64,000 bases of DNA from positions 129,530 through 193,529 of the forward strand of contig JBBSAP010000001.1 of assembly GCA_038252165.1 (NCBI GenBank), given 5' to 3'. Source of the DNA: Bacteroidales bacterium. Lineage in GTDB: Bacteria; Bacteroidota; Bacteroidia; Bacteroidales; VadinHA17. Positions 63,980 to 64,000 of this stretch are shown piece after piece (the stretch's first letter is position 1; each line of letters opens with the position of its first letter). The translations under genes and the position numbers were made by a program. The notes under the pieces were generated by a model that saw only the letters and a list, made by a program, of their open reading frames with translations, was not told where the DNA came from and did not search any database.

Positions 63980-64000
63980 AAAAAGAATTTAATAAATACA

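Overview
This 64-kb segment looks like part of a Bacteroidota (Bacteroidia-type) chromosome. The evidence is TAnnTTTG-type -7 boxes, SusC-like N-terminal modules, ~800-aa FtsX permeases ending NPVEALRYE, a GNAT/acyltransferase glycine-lipid-type gene pair, and a dcw cluster in the Bacteroidota order (mraZ-rsmH-ftsL-ftsI-murE-mraY-murD-ftsW-murG-murC-ftsQ-ftsA-ftsZ, no murF or ddl). Most of the content is housekeeping: a partial M23 peptidase, leuS, tRNA-Arg(CCG), tRNA-Ser(GGA), a gdhA-tatD-ansA operon, dprA, a second NAD-type gdh, tadA, aspS, miaB, a YebC-family gene, a SPOR protein, purF, the 15-kb dcw cluster, a putative porin, mltF and a nitroreductase. Three parts look accessory. (i) A URO-D-like / MFS sugar porter / GH2 block. 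(ii) Two tandem barrel-less CarboxypepD_reg+Plug proteins. (iii) A six-gene MacB-type efflux operon with two embedded propeller-like lipoprotein paralogues, next to a sigma-54-dependent two-component system. I saw no transposase, integrase, phage, CRISPR or recognisable defence genes. The most unusual non-coding signals are these. A dispersed family of C5/G5 nested-hairpin elements: two copies bracket leuS, a 50-bp near-perfect version sits inside the efflux operon, and a mini-version interrupts a duplicated tRNA-Arg 5' half. A perfect 21-bp x 5.9 tandem array in a divergent promoter region. Many intergenic 7-11-nt stutter repeats. All calls come from reading the sequence and ORF track by eye; no database search or folding program was run.
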